A DNA stretch of 63,349 nt, the filler included, from Chiloscyllium plagiosum (Eukaryota), in the NCBI RefSeq assembly GCF_004010195.1. It is 5 parts of one record of this genome, joined end to end, with 100 filler letters (N's around TTAATTAATTAA, not from the genome) between each part and the next. Parts side by side here need not be neighbours in the genome. Positions count along the whole stretch, not along the records: positions 61,095 to 63,349 come from NC_057716.1; 4 more parts are not named here. One strand, 5' to 3'. Shown here piece by piece: positions 62,719 through 63,349 of the stretch. How positions within the stretch are numbered: the first letter of the stretch is position 1; each line of letters starts with the position of its first letter. Made by a program: the position numbers and the translations under genes. The notes beneath the pieces are model-generated. The model was not told where the DNA came from. It made no database searches and saw only the letters and a list, made by a program, of their open reading frames with translations.

Positions 62719-63349
62719 ACACTCCTGTTTATTTTTTTTTCTTTAACTCTCCTTTTTATTTTTTTAATTTTTTTTATTTTTTTTCTTCATTTTTTCTTTT
62801 CCTCCTGCCCTCCCTCCAGGAGACTTTTTTTTTCTCTTTTTTTTTAACCCCCACACTACCACCTAACCGCAGTAGTGCCTATTTTTTTTCCCCAGCACCC
62901 ATGGTGTGTGTGCAGGTGTGAGACAACACTCCTGTTTATTTTTATTTTTTTATTTTTTTTTTATTTTAACCCCCACACTACCACCTAAGTGCGGTAGTGC
63001 TTATTTTATCCCCAGCACCCATGGTGTGTGTGTGCAGGTGTGAGACACAGTGGAAGACACAAAGTGCACGAATCTTTATTTAATTTCCACCACCAGGAAG
63101 ATAGGAAAACACCCAGGTGGCCAGTGACAAACACTGCCCTCCTGTTTATATATATTTTTTTACTTTAGAGTCTCCTGTTTATTTTTTTTTACCCCCACAC
63201 TACCACCTAAGTGCGGTAGTGCTAACTCCTGGGTTTTTTTTCCCCTTTCTCTCTTTTTTTCTTTTTTTAACCCCCACACCAGTTGGAACACTCTGGTTCC
63301 TTTTTTTTTCTTTTTTTTCCTTGTTTTTTTATTTAACCCCCACACTACC
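62719..63349 (-). repeat. Serial variable-length copies of a poly(A)-tailed retroelement 3' end, separated by copies of the target CTCCTGTTTAT
   Basis: ACCCCCACAC unit starts near 62847, 62969, 63191, 63270 and 63336, each preceded on + by a T tract. CTCCTGTTTAT at 62722, 62929, 63139 and 63172. Confidence 0.7.

Larger units (their letters stand above)
61431..62732 (-). mobile_element. Gypsy (Mag-like) LTR retrotransposon: partial 5' LTR, PBS and decayed gag
   Basis: Minus 62530-62230 reads IGKLRSFNRDVEDWAQYVER..FF*AND..ILQTACG..SVIRSL..FRELMDLVKEYYDPKPPLILRRYQFY. LTR ends ..TTTCA at 62614, followed by PBS-like TGGCGGCAAGA (62602-62612). AATAAA lies within the LTR. Confidence 0.78.

Overview
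Repeat-dense vertebrate genomic DNA, most likely from an elasmobranch (shark). That is inferred from HE1-like V-SINEs and abundant CR1 and Penelope elements. The window has five assembly gaps, four of them holding an artificial TTAATTAATTAA spacer. The only host-gene signal is a minus-strand gene for a secreted or membrane protein: a 5'-UTR/signal-peptide exon at 16698-17037 with a uORF, and a candidate 54-nt second exon at 6738-6791. I could not name the gene. Most of the rest is transposon debris: CR1 (one near-full-length copy with an esterase ORF1), Rex1/Babar, RTE, two groups of Penelope-like elements (PLEs), V-SINEs and a Gypsy gag/LTR. Three signals stand out. (1) At least three sequence-distinct families of minimal type-I hammerhead ribozyme (HHR) motifs with covarying stems. 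They are carried by PLE terminal repeats, by short TSD-flanked fold-back insertions, and by a 40-bp tandem array whose unit is one HHR. (2) The 3' half of a CpG-rich endogenous retrovirus (RNase H-integrase, deleted env, PPT, LTR) with a 42/43-bp E-box/GC-box/ETS array in U3. (3) Serial poly(A)-tailed insertions at one short target inside a Gypsy LTR. Family assignments come from motif recognition by eye, not database searches, and boundaries of old repeats are approximate.
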